Shown piece after piece: positions 15,172 to 25,046 of a stretch of 64,000 nucleotides of DNA (the stretch's first letter is position 1; every line of letters begins with the position of its first letter). Source of the DNA: Mayamaea pseudoterrestris (lineage: Eukaryota); assembly GCA_027923505.1 (NCBI GenBank), contig BROI01000002.1, positions 124,001 to 188,000 on the forward strand. Reading direction: 5' to 3'. Below the pieces are notes generated by a model. It searched no databases. It was not told where the DNA came from and saw only the letters and a list, made by a program, of their open reading frames with translations. Made by a program: the position numbers and the translations under genes.

Positions 15172-16215
15172 TTAATCATGTTGCGCCAGTACGCGAACCG
15201 ACTCGATTGCAAACTTGTCAAGCTTTCGTTCGCCGTCACTTTTCGGGGCAACCATGGCATCAAGAACGCCTTGACCCTGAATCACCTTTCCGAAGCAGGT
15301 TTCATCCAGTTGGTCCATTGGAGTATATTTGCTGTCCATGAATACGTAAAAGTTTGGTCCGCCGGGCTTGCCTTGGAATAGTACGGAATACTTTTGGATG
15401 CGATGTTGCGCGTCATTGTGTTCGACAAACGGCAAGTGCTTGAGTTCTGGGTCGGCAAAGAAGGTTGCCTCGGCATTTTCAATGAATGATGAAACGACAT
15501 TGGCGCCATGCTGTTGATGCAGTAACATTTGACCATCGTAGTATTTTCGGTCGACGAGCTGCAAAAAGTGGCCAGTCGACAGTGGCATGTTGGGCAGCGT
15601 TTCCACCATGAACGACTTGCCTACTCCGGGCACTGGTTCCTCCGTGAGCGTGACTGCAACGTGGTAAGGACCATTTCCATGCTTGCTGGTAGATATACTT
15701 GCAGCCTTTTTCGTGAGAGCCGTTTCTATTTCGCTAATGCGAAGGAGATACTTGTCCTCCATGATTTTGTTTTCAAGGTAGGCGGCTGATTCCGTTTCCA
15801 CTGCATCCGCATGAAGATGTTCCAGCAGCTCATTGTTTCTTGCTTCAAGCTGCGACTGCTCGGACGACACGACTTGCAACTCCTTCTTTGCCTTGAGCAA
15901 ATCGGATGCAAGGCGTCGCTGCGATTGCTGCGTTCCGGCCACTTTCTTCTGTAGTTTCTTGAGCTGATTGGCTAAGGATGAATGATACATCCATGGCAGT
16001 ATTGTCAAAATGACACCCAGCACTAGCCGAGTTCTGTGCGAAAAGGCTGGTAGTCTCAGATTGCCCCAGGTTGCTTTGGATGTGCGATGTTTGCCTTTGC
16101 CGTCCTGGAGGCAATCATAGTAGCTGCTGCTGCCACTGGAATGGACGCTGGATTCGTCAAGACCCAGCCAAGCTTGGCCATGCTGCGCATTATTTCTCCG
16201 ACGTAGAGACGTCAT
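15172..16215 (-). CDS. Membrane-anchored coiled-coil protein with divergent cyclophilin-like domain
   Basis: TM segment LVLGVILTILPW, coiled coil, then GPYHVAV...MPLSTGHFL...GKPGGPNFYV...CFGKVIQG. Confidence 0.72.
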   Translation of the reverse strand: MTSLRRRNNAQHGQAWLGLDESSVHSSGSSSYYDCLQDGKGKHRTSKATWGNLRLPAFSHRTRLVLGVILTILPWMYHSSLANQLKKLQKKVAGTQQSQRRLASDLLKAKKELQVVSSEQSQLEARNNELLEHLHADAVETESAAYLENKIMEDKYLLRISEIETALTKKAASISTSKHGNGPYHVAVTLTEEPVPGVGKSFMVETLPNMPLSTGHFLQLVDRKYYDGQMLLHQQHGANVVSSFIENAEATFFADPELKHLPFVEHNDAQHRIQKYSVLFQGKPGGPNFYVFMDSKYTPMDQLDETCFGKVIQGQGVLDAMVAPKSDGERKLDKFAIESVRVLAQHD

Positions 16216-16799
16216 GTTGTGCGATTATGAAGTGACGCAGTTTGATATTAACTACTGTAGCTTGTTGTCGTTGCCATGGCTTGGGCTTGACGTTTGGCGT
16301 TTGGCGACCAGTCGGCGACTCGAAGTGTGACGCAAAAAAGAAAACTCGCCCCGCGCGACATGGATACTGGTGCGACACGTGATCCGTCATTCGTGATTTG
16401 CTCGACCGTCCGCTTCGACGATTCACTCATCTTCCGTCTCTGGGTAAGTTGACCATGAGCATCATGCCGCTTTGATGGAGCATACAGTGTTTTACATTAG
16501 CAGATGAGATTTTGAAATGATAATGGAGAAGACTCTGGAGAGAAAATTTGGATTCCACGCCTCCAAATGCAGTCAGCCTTCATGTCGACGCTGTTTACTC
16601 CTTACCGAGTGTTACTAAAGCATGAAAATCTCTTGCTAATGCCAATGCATGCTTCTAATATCTTCATTTTCTTTATTCAGACCATTTAGTTTGTCTATCG
16701 ACTCCTGTTTTCGGTTAAATTGTTGGTTAGCTTGACTTTCCAGCGTCCGAATCAGCACAAGTTTTTCACTTTTACTTCGACTTATACGCTTCATTCAAC

Positions 16800-17786
16800 A
16801 TGCCGCTTTCCACTGAACGCAAGGCCGAGTACTTTGAGCGCATGAAGGGCATGCTCGCCGAGTACAACAAGGCTTTCATTGTCGCAGTTGACAATGTTGG
16901 CTCGCTCCAGCTTCAAATGACCCGCAAGGAGCTTCGCGGACAGGCGGAGATTCTCATGGGAAAGAACACCATGATGCGCAAGGTCATCAAGGAGTTCATG
17001 GATGAGAACCCAGACTCGCCTGTCGAAAAGCTTAGCGAAATTTGTCGCGGCAATGTTGGTTTCATCTTTACCAATGGTGATCTTGGACATGTCCGCAAGG
17101 TTGTCGAGGCGAATACTCGTCCCGCTCCGGCCCGTGTTGGTGCGATTGCTCCGTCCAAGGTTATCGTTCCGGCCGGTCCCACTGGTTGCGATCCTGGCCA
17201 GACTGCCTTTTTCCAGACCTTGCAGATTGCTACCAAGATTACGCGTGGTCAAATTGAGATGGTCAACGACACGGAGCTCATTGAGGTTGGCGAAAAGGTG
17301 ACTGCTTCGCAGGCTGCCCTTTTGCAAAAGCTCAGCATTGAGCCATTCACTTACGGTCTCATTCTCAAGAACGTTTACGACAATGGCTCGCTCTTTGACG
17401 CCAAGGTTTTGGACATTACCGACGATGTTTTGGCCGCCAAGTTTTGCGAGGCACTCAAGACGCTGGCGAGCTTGTCCCTCGCCATGGGCTACCCCACGCA
17501 GGCCAGTGTTCCTCACTCGGTCGTCAATGCCTACAAGGCTATTCTCAGTGTCACGCTGCAGCTTGAGAACTACTCGTTCAAGCAGGCTGATGAAGTTGAG
17601 GAGTACTTGAAGGATCCCAGCAAGTTTGCCGGATCGGGTGGTGGCGGCGGTGGAGGCGCCGCTGCTGCGTCTGGCGGAGCGGCGGCTGCCAAGCCCGAAG
17701 AAAAGGAAGAGGAGGAGGAACTTGACTTGGCCGGAGGCATGGACATGTTTGGAGGAGATGCTGGTGGCGGCGGTGGTGACTATTAA
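16800..17786 (+). CDS. RPLP0: 60S acidic ribosomal protein P0 (uL10)
   Basis: DNVGSLQLQ, LMGKNTMMRK, GNVGFIFTNGDL, TAFFQTLQIATKITRGQIE; acidic C-terminus ending GGMDMFGG...DY. Confidence 0.98.
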   Translation: MPLSTERKAEYFERMKGMLAEYNKAFIVAVDNVGSLQLQMTRKELRGQAEILMGKNTMMRKVIKEFMDENPDSPVEKLSEICRGNVGFIFTNGDLGHVRKVVEANTRPAPARVGAIAPSKVIVPAGPTGCDPGQTAFFQTLQIATKITRGQIEMVNDTELIEVGEKVTASQAALLQKLSIEPFTYGLILKNVYDNGSLFDAKVLDITDDVLAAKFCEALKTLASLSLAMGYPTQASVPHSVVNAYKAILSVTLQLENYSFKQADEVEEYLKDPSKFAGSGGGGGGGAAAASGGAAAAKPEEKEEEEELDLAGGMDMFGGDAGGGGGDY

Positions 17787-18218
17787 GCGTCGCGCCGAGC
17801 CGAGCCAGCTTTGCCATGTCATGTTGTTCACCATTACTCGCAGTCTTTAATAGTTTATTGATGCTACAACTTAAATCTATCAATTAGTGTTTAGTAATGA
17901 TTGTTTTGAAACTCATGATAGGACGTCCTCGATTTACGATGCATGTGCAGTAGCTGTGTATCGTTCATTTACCGTGGCGTCATTTGTAAGTGCACCTACA
18001 TCTGCCCTGCAGAGTGTAACACGCGACACTCTACTAGCGTAGTTAACGACCACTACATCAATGAAAGTTTACAAGAAAGGTTTCATTTACTATTTATCAC
18101 AAACTATGATCGTAGCTATCACCTCCCGGACAGCGTCCAAAACTTCCGGAGATGTTCGATGCAAAATAGCTGATTATTCATCCACACAAGAGTCCGCCAA
18201 ACTGACAAGCATCAATCC

Positions 18219-19598
18219 TTACTGAACAAAGTGGTACAAGACCTCCTCGCATCGCTCAATCGAGTGACTGTAAATGCCAATGTTCACTTTGGTATTGTCC
18301 GGCGCCTCCTCGTAGGCTCCAAACAACACCACTTGGCAGCTGCCTTCATGCTCCACGTTGAACGCCTTGACTTCGGCAAACAGTTCCGCCGCCGATCCCT
18401 GGTAGGTAATGTTTCCATTTCGCCGAAAGAGTCCAAAGTCGAATCCATATTTATCTTGCAGTAGCTGTCCCACCATGAGGCTTGGGCATGACCCCGTGAC
18501 GCGAGGATTGACATCCACCAAGTATCCTTGGCCCGTTCCGTCAAAGAGCACATCCACGCCGCAAAAGCCCCAGTAGCCGAGCGAGTGACAATACTTGGCC
18601 ACGTCCTCGACAAAGGGCAATTGAATCTCCTGCAGCAAGGCTTGATCGCGCATCATCAGGTACGAGTCCATGCTCCAGCTGCCGTCCTCGCGCTTGTAGT
18701 TTTCGTTGCTTCCAAAAAAGGTGACTTCGCCATTGGGATGAACAAAGCAGTGGCAGGCCACGTTGCGGTCAATATCCACCAGCGCCGTGACCACGTACGG
18801 GGGGTTGCCGCTCGTTTCCAAAAACTCTTCAAACTCGCGCTCGTCCTCGTCGTTGCGAATAATGAAAATACCCTTGCTCGCCATACTGTGAGTGACCTTG
18901 GCGATGCAGGGACGCTGCTTAGTAGTCGCCATGAGCTTGGTCGTTTTGGTAGTCATTAAATGCAAGGCATCCTTGCCAGCCAAGTGGTAGTGCACGTAGG
19001 GGTCGTTCATGTGGTTCTTGATGCTTTCCGTCGGCAAGTACGCGTAGACGGCAACGTTTAAATCATCCGCAGGGATCTCCGAAACAAAGGTAGGAGTCTC
19101 AAAGCCAGGAACCGTTTCAATCCAGTGCTCCAATAAGCCAGTCGTGGGCGTGCCAGCCTGCAAGTATGTCGGAAAGGCGGTTCCATTCATGAGGCTGTAG
19201 CGGCATGGTCCGAGCATTGTCTTGTAGGCATTCGATGACGGCGGATAGTCGTGAAACGCCCATGACTGGCTATTGAAAAAGCTCGACGTATCCGACGCCG
19301 TCGAGGGAGCCTCAAACAGCATAATGACACTCTCGCGCCGCTTCAAATAGTCGAGTCCGCTGCGAATATAGTCGCTATATTTCGTTTTCTTGTCCCACTG
19401 ACTGACGCGAAACTGGCACGCATTAAAGTCAAACTCGCTAATGGCGGACACCAAGTCGCTGCAGTCGGTCGCCGACGTGACAATCGTCTTGCCTTCGGCA
19501 GCGTGAAGCTCCTTGTCATGACTCAAGAGCAAGTCGTCGGACGAGTCTTGCGGCGAGAGCGGAGGAGGAGAGGCAATCTTGATAAAGGCGGGGAGCAT
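18219..19598 (-). CDS. ATP-grasp fold ligase-like protein
   Basis: PCIAKVTHSMASKGIFII, PYVVT and GYWGFCGVDVLFD...YLVDVNPRVTGS ATP-grasp motifs; intronless. Confidence 0.85.
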   Translation of the reverse strand: MLPAFIKIASPPPLSPQDSSDDLLLSHDKELHAAEGKTIVTSATDCSDLVSAISEFDFNACQFRVSQWDKKTKYSDYIRSGLDYLKRRESVIMLFEAPSTASDTSSFFNSQSWAFHDYPPSSNAYKTMLGPCRYSLMNGTAFPTYLQAGTPTTGLLEHWIETVPGFETPTFVSEIPADDLNVAVYAYLPTESIKNHMNDPYVHYHLAGKDALHLMTTKTTKLMATTKQRPCIAKVTHSMASKGIFIIRNDEDEREFEEFLETSGNPPYVVTALVDIDRNVACHCFVHPNGEVTFFGSNENYKREDGSWSMDSYLMMRDQALLQEIQLPFVEDVAKYCHSLGYWGFCGVDVLFDGTGQGYLVDVNPRVTGSCPSLMVGQLLQDKYGFDFGLFRRNGNITYQGSAAELFAEVKAFNVEHEGSCQVVLFGAYEEAPDNTKVNIGIYSHSIERCEEVLYHFVQ

Positions 19599-20212
19599 GG
19601 TGAATGAATAGAGTAGGCGAGGATAGAGTCAAGTTATAGGCGAGTCAGGAGGAGGACGGTTCGGGTCGCTTGCCTTGCTGAAACAATGAAGTGATTGGTC
19701 TTGTAAAAGCAATGCTAGCCTCGTGATTTTGTGTGGCGCATAAGTCGTGTCGGTCCATGGATGACTCCGTGACGAGAATTCGGAACTGACAATGCTACGA
19801 GCTCCGCAAAATGCGGCACTCGGCGTTCGATAACAGCAGATATAGTAAGCAAATGCTTGTTTTACGAACGCTACTGATTATTTCTATTCACGACCTCTTT
19901 CGTGACTGGCATGTTCTTTTCCTTGAAGTGTTCCGCGGCGCAATTGCATTGGAAGGCTTCTCCGGGCTGTCAGTGGTTCCGGATGACGTCACTATGACCG
20001 ACGTGGCATGGCGCGAATCTGATGCCGCCCTCGCAAGATTCATCACGCTCACGAGTTACTTTCATAACGCTACGACATGGTGAGGTTTTGGTTAGTTACC
20101 GCTTACCGCTTACTGCACCCGTTTCGACGCCGTGCAACCATGCGGATCAACCCGCCTGCGTCGTTTTCTTCTCATCGATTGTCGGTAGAACAACTACTAG
20201 TAACTTTCAATC

Positions 20213-20755
20213 ATGTCAGGTACGAACTGATTGGAGCCATGTAGCATGCTATTGGTAATAATAGTTTAAAGTTTGGATCGTCGCTAATCAACGCTCATTT
20301 CCTCTCCCTCAGGCAAGGCAGCAAAATCGACCAAGACCAAGAGCAAGGCCGCCGCCGTCTCCAAGGCGCTCAAGAAGGGCATCTCCAAGAAGGGAACTCG
20401 CATCCACACCAAAGTTCACTTCTACAAGCCCAAGACTTTGCGGACGGAGCGCAAACCAAAGTACCAACGATTGAGCACGGGCAAGAAGAATACACTCGAC
20501 AAGCATTCCATCATTAAGAATCCCTTGACGACGGAATCATCCATGAAATTGATCGAGGACAGCAACACACTTGTCTTTATTGTCGATATCAAGGCGAACA
20601 AGCGTCAAATCAAGCAAGCCGTCAAGGAACTTTACACTATTGAATGCGAAAAGGTCAACACACTCATCACTCCAAAGGGACAAAAGAAGGCCTACGTGAG
20701 ACTTGCAAAGGACTATGACGCACTGGATGTTGCAAATAGAGTCGGTGTTATCTAG
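20213..20755 (+). CDS. RPL23A: 60S ribosomal protein L23a (uL23)
   Basis: Exon 1 is ATGTCAG (20213-20219), intron 20220-20312; [17 protein letters not shown] and KKAYVRL...[10 protein letters not shown] motifs. Confidence 0.97.
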
Positions 20756-20804
20756 TGATATTTCTGAAAGCAAATAATCTCCCCATTTAAATTGACTACT
20801 CTTT

Positions 20805-20870
20805 GATTTAGTTTTGTCAATTGTTCCAGCAAAAGCATCTGCCGACCTGATGCACTAGCACGGCGGAATA
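20805..20870 (-). pseudogene. Decayed duplicate fragment of the neighbouring BTB gene
   Basis: TTTTGTCAATTGTTCCAGCAAAAGCATCT[gccgacct]GATGCACTAGCACGGCGGAA matches 21916-21972 (TTTTGTCACTTGTTTCAGCAAAAGCATCTGATGCACTGGCACGGCGGAA). Confidence 0.75.
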
Positions 20871-21214
20871 TGGGGACGCTCGTTAGTGTCACTCTCACAC
20901 GCCGCGGTAGCATCTTACTGCGGCAAGTAAATGTCTTGTAGAGTATTGCTTGATTTTACGTGTAAATTTTTTGTTCATTGACTACTGTTATTGTTCTTGC
21001 CTACCGGTAGTATTATCGACTTGTTCATGTGTTCTCCATGCGCGCTCGACATGAAACTTGACTTCTCGCGTGAAATTAACGATGCTCTTCATGACCAATT
21101 GTTCTAAAAGCTTAGAAACGGTGGTAACAAGAACTTATATTATAGTAGACTCGGTCTATTGCTATTGAAACAGAGGCTACGGAGAGTGTGGATCAAACAT
21201 CACGTGATGCCCCA

Positions 21215-22552
21215 TCAATCATTGCGATTCTTGCGCTTGCGGGCACAACGGTGCACTTCCTTTAGAAGTCGGTTTACCACGATAAGTGGACATCCATCCG
21301 GAAGTTTCGGCGGACTATACCATGCATCATCCATCATTCCTTCGGCCATGGCTATGACACACTTCTCTTGCAGGTCAGATAGGTCCTTGAGGTTGGCCTC
21401 GCTGGAGAATCGCAGATCGTATTTGAGCAAGGTCGGCGCAGCTTCACCTGAAATGACCATGAACTTATTTTTGGTCGCGTTGAAGAAAGAAGCATCAAGT
21501 TCAGTGTCATGAGACTCACAGATGACCGCAAGCAATTCGCTGCCCCAACCCTTGTATTCCTCCTCCGCAGAAGTTTCTGCAAAAATGGTGGACCAAAACA
21601 CCAAGGAGCCCATCTTTAAAATCTTATAATCAGCACGCAGCTTTTGGAAATTGTCAATGCAAAATCTCTCGATCATTTTCACCAAATCAAAGAGATCAAG
21701 CGCCATGGCGTGCTTGTAGTAACGTCCACATGTGCGTAAATTGAAATGGTCAGAACAAAAGCGATTAACTTCTTGAAACATTTCTTCACAACCAAAGTAT
21801 GTGGCGAGATAGTATAGAATAATGGCATTGTCCAAGCCAATGCGCAATTCTTGGCCGTAGAGGAAGTCAAGCAGTACAGGAAGCTGTTCTGCCGCAAGTG
21901 GGTGCAAAGCAATCCGACTAATTTTGTCACTTGTTTCAGCAAAAGCATCTGATGCACTGGCACGGCGGAAATAGGTGCTTGCGCGAGAACCTAGGGTGAC
22001 AATATTGAAATGAATGTGGTAGTTGCGCTCAGGAGCCAAGGTCTCTTCCCCATGTAAGAGAGTAATTTGAATCGTCCAATCGCTTCGTGTTACGGTAGGG
22101 TCCAACCGCCAGTCGCAACGGGATGCTTCGCCGTAGAGAAGGATCGGAGGCGGTTCTAGATACTCATCGATATATAGTTTCCATCCCGCCTGGGGTGGAA
22201 TTTCTTCCGGGCGCTTGTGGTAATAATGGTGTTTCCAAACGCCATCTTCACATTTCTCAATCGTCCACTCGTACAAAATCTTGTTGTTCCACTCGCTGCT
22301 CAACCGTACTCGACATACCACCTTCTGTCCCTTCCGAACTTCATTCTTATAATAGGCAATTTTGTCTTCGTGGTCATTCGTGAGAACATATGTGCCGTTT
22401 ACCTCAGTAACCCCAGCACCAACGACTTCAATTTGCTCAGGCGTCACTGGTTTCAAGGCAGCGCGACCAAAGAAAGCCTCTGCCGGACATACCGCCTTTT
22501 CGAGCTCCTGCTCGTCTTTCGCTTTCTCGTTACGCTTACTGGAGTCGCTCAT
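21215..22552 (-). CDS. BTB/POZ (+BACK-like) domain protein
   Basis: SDWTIQI...YHIHFNIVTLGSRASTYFRR...FAE...VLLDFLYG...LATYFG; N-terminal module GAGVTEVNGTY...PPQAGWK. Confidence 0.88.
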   Translation of the reverse strand: MSDSSKRNEKAKDEQELEKAVCPAEAFFGRAALKPVTPEQIEVVGAGVTEVNGTYVLTNDHEDKIAYYKNEVRKGQKVVCRVRLSSEWNNKILYEWTIEKCEDGVWKHHYYHKRPEEIPPQAGWKLYIDEYLEPPPILLYGEASRCDWRLDPTVTRSDWTIQITLLHGEETLAPERNYHIHFNIVTLGSRASTYFRRASASDAFAETSDKISRIALHPLAAEQLPVLLDFLYGQELRIGLDNAIILYYLATYFGCEEMFQEVNRFCSDHFNLRTCGRYYKHAMALDLFDLVKMIERFCIDNFQKLRADYKILKMGSLVFWSTIFAETSAEEEYKGWGSELLAVICESHDTELDASFFNATKNKFMVISGEAAPTLLKYDLRFSSEANLKDLSDLQEKCVIAMAEGMMDDAWYSPPKLPDGCPLIVVNRLLKEVHRCARKRKNRND

Positions 22553-23052
22553 CTTAATAAATAAGAGTTGATCTGGCTGCAATGTTTTGGCAAGGGATAG
22601 CAGAAGCTTACCGACTATTGAAACGAAAGGTGGACGGCAACTCTCCTTATTTTGCGACATGCACCCACCCACGCTTTGATTGTCGTGGACACCAACGGTC
22701 GCCTGGCTTCACGGTGTGATTGATCCGTTGAGTGACAATCGTTCGTCACAGCACCTCTAAAGAATGTTCGCCTTCACCTCTGGCTATGAAGCGGGGGCCA
22801 TGCGGCTTTCGCGGCCTTTAAGCGCCCCAATTTGCTCAACACTTGTATAAAGGCAATATCATTGGCATGACATATTCAAATGGCTGCATCGTCGTCGAGA
22901 GAGTCATTGAACGCGGCGGACGCTCGGGCGAAGTAATGTTATCGTGTCGGGCTGGTGCATGATGACTATGTTCGATGTGCCCATTTCGTCGAAACGACCG
23001 ATTGGATTGTCGATTTACTGTAAAGATGGTGACGTCTTATCGACAAGTGGCA

Positions 23053-23625
23053 TCAACTTGTCTTTGGACCCGTCGTTACTCCAATCGTCAAAAAGATGAG
23101 CGATTCGTTCGCATTCGTCGCAGTGAGCGAATGCTTTTCATGCGGCGCAACATGCACAAAGGTTCCAGGCTTCGCTGAATGAGACACTCCATTGACAGTG
23201 ATACTTCCCCTTCCTTGCAAAACGTAAAAGAACTCGTGCATGCTTTCGTGTTCGTGCAATTCAATGGTTTGGTGCGGCAGCAACGTTGCGACGCTAATTC
23301 CAGCCAGGTTGTCAACTGCGACGAAAGGTTCAATCAGCTGCTGCTTTGTAATGGCTAGTCCAGTTGCTCGGTCCATATGCGAGGTTGGACGAGGCAAAAC
23401 TTGGTCCAGTTGCAATACTGTGCCGCGTTGTGCGACTTGATGTGATCGAAGGGGAAGGGATGCCGACGACGACGACGACAGCGTCCGTTTCGAGAATACT
23501 GGGAACAAGTTTCCCATTCCATAGCCGACCAAAAGAAGCATGAGCTGCTTCACATACTGAGTATAGATTCCATGGCGCTGTAATGAGCGCTTCTTGAACT
23601 CCCTTATTGTAGAAAGAGATTCCAT
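23053..23625 (-). CDS. Cupin-2 domain protein with N-terminal hydrophobic anchor
   Basis: HEHESMHEFFYVLQGRG...PGTFVHVAPHEKH cupin metal-binding motifs. Confidence 0.9.
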   Translation of the reverse strand: MESLSTIREFKKRSLQRHGIYTQYVKQLMLLLVGYGMGNLFPVFSKRTLSSSSSASLPLRSHQVAQRGTVLQLDQVLPRPTSHMDRATGLAITKQQLIEPFVAVDNLAGISVATLLPHQTIELHEHESMHEFFYVLQGRGSITVNGVSHSAKPGTFVHVAPHEKHSLTATNANESLIFLTIGVTTGPKTS

Positions 23626-23987
23626 GGTGGAAAATGTTGTCGGGCAAGCCTTCCTTTGTCGTGTCGCAACGAGAACCGATGCGTCGTCGCAGTATGTACT
23701 GTACTCGTACGACGTATTTTCAAGTAGTGCAGTTGTAAGACTATACTCAGTTTGTTTTCATTGCAAACATTGTACAAACGAAGCCAGCTATGTTGTTTAT
23801 AGTGGCCGGCGTTTGAGTCCTGCAGCGGCGTGTGGCTGCCGGTCGCCTCTTTTTGCAAAAGCCTACAACAGTGGTACTTTGTAGTTATGGCGATTTGTCT
23901 AGTCGTATATGTAACACATAAATAGTAGACATATGGATCATTGATAACGTCTGGCTCTTTCGTTCTCGATTGTGATCCGATTCAAGC

Positions 23988-24620
23988 TCATTTGGATGGA
24001 ATGCGAAACACGTTCAACGTGTAGGCGACGAACGTGTAGTAGCCACAAATGCTTGTAATCTCCACCAAGACTGCATCCTTGTCGTCCAGTGCCTGCTTCG
24101 TTTCCTGGTATGTAGCATCCGATACTTGGTAGGTCTCCAAGAGCTCGACGGCAAACCGACAGATTGCCTTTTCGCGATCATTGTTCAACAGTGGCATTAG
24201 CGTCTCGTTCACAGCCTTGATGGAAAAGGCATCATCCCTCGAAATAGCCTTGATAACACTCATTTCTATTCCAGCCTTGATTGCTTCACCTACATGAATG
24301 TCAAACGCGGCGTGCGATTTCGTCTTGGCAGCCGTCAACAGTATGACAAGCTCCGACTCGCGGTAGCTCAAGGACGTTTCGTAGCGACAGGCGCGACCAA
24401 GAGCTTGGGCTGGCTGCGCAATCTGCGGAACAGCCAGCCATGGACCGAATGGACCTTGCAAGCCAGTGCCAGGTCGACTTGCTAATATGGATTGTTTAAT
24501 GTCCCTTTGCTGGTCGGTCAACTCGTGTTCGGGTGGACCAGTGTATCGGGGAATGTAGTCGGCGGCTGTCGGTATATATTCCGAAGCGTCGTTCGATTCC
24601 TTGCGCATTGTAGATGTCAT
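23988..24620 (-). CDS. Carboxymuconolactone decarboxylase/AhpD-like protein
   Basis: GLQGPFGPWL, LSYRESELVILLTA...H, VSDATY and LVEITSICGYYTFVAYTLNVF motifs. Confidence 0.88.
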   Translation of the reverse strand: MTSTMRKESNDASEYIPTAADYIPRYTGPPEHELTDQQRDIKQSILASRPGTGLQGPFGPWLAVPQIAQPAQALGRACRYETSLSYRESELVILLTAAKTKSHAAFDIHVGEAIKAGIEMSVIKAISRDDAFSIKAVNETLMPLLNNDREKAICRFAVELLETYQVSDATYQETKQALDDKDAVLVEITSICGYYTFVAYTLNVFRIPSK

Positions 24621-25046
24621 AATTGACGTAAATTAGGTTCTTTGATGAAAACGAAGAAGGGCAAGAGGATGAATTTTAGATAAAAGGTGTAAGGTGCAAC
24701 AGTGAGATGTGAGAATGAGCTGAGCAGTAAACGTGCCTTTCTGCATAGGGAAAGCTCAGTTCACAGACTACAAGTAACAGATCATAATGTTTTGTCGCCT
24801 TGTTGTAAGCATGAGAGTGACTGTGAATTCATCGCCCATGAATAAGCGAGGCGAGAGAAACGGCGACTGTTCAAAATGTTCACATGTCGCAGCGGTATTA
24901 AAGCGTTCGCGGCACGCAGCACGCAACATCGCAGCAGCCACAACGCCATTCGAACAACCAGGAGGTTTACGATTTCGAGTGCTCCCTTAGTCATCAATCT
25001 TGACTTGTTATTCGCCAGGTAGTCTATCTCATAAAACAATCCTATT

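Noticed and set aside
16791..17834. 347-aa antisense ORF covering RPLP0
   Set aside because: Expected shadow of strong codon bias in a highly expressed gene; no recognisable motifs.
20901..20940. Hairpin as a Helitron 3' end
   Set aside because: Not followed by a canonical CTRR terminus, and no 5' end or Rep/helicase remnant is visible.
22955..23040. ATGATGA box C-like motif (possible snoRNA)
   Set aside because: No matching CTGA box D or terminal stem at a suitable distance.
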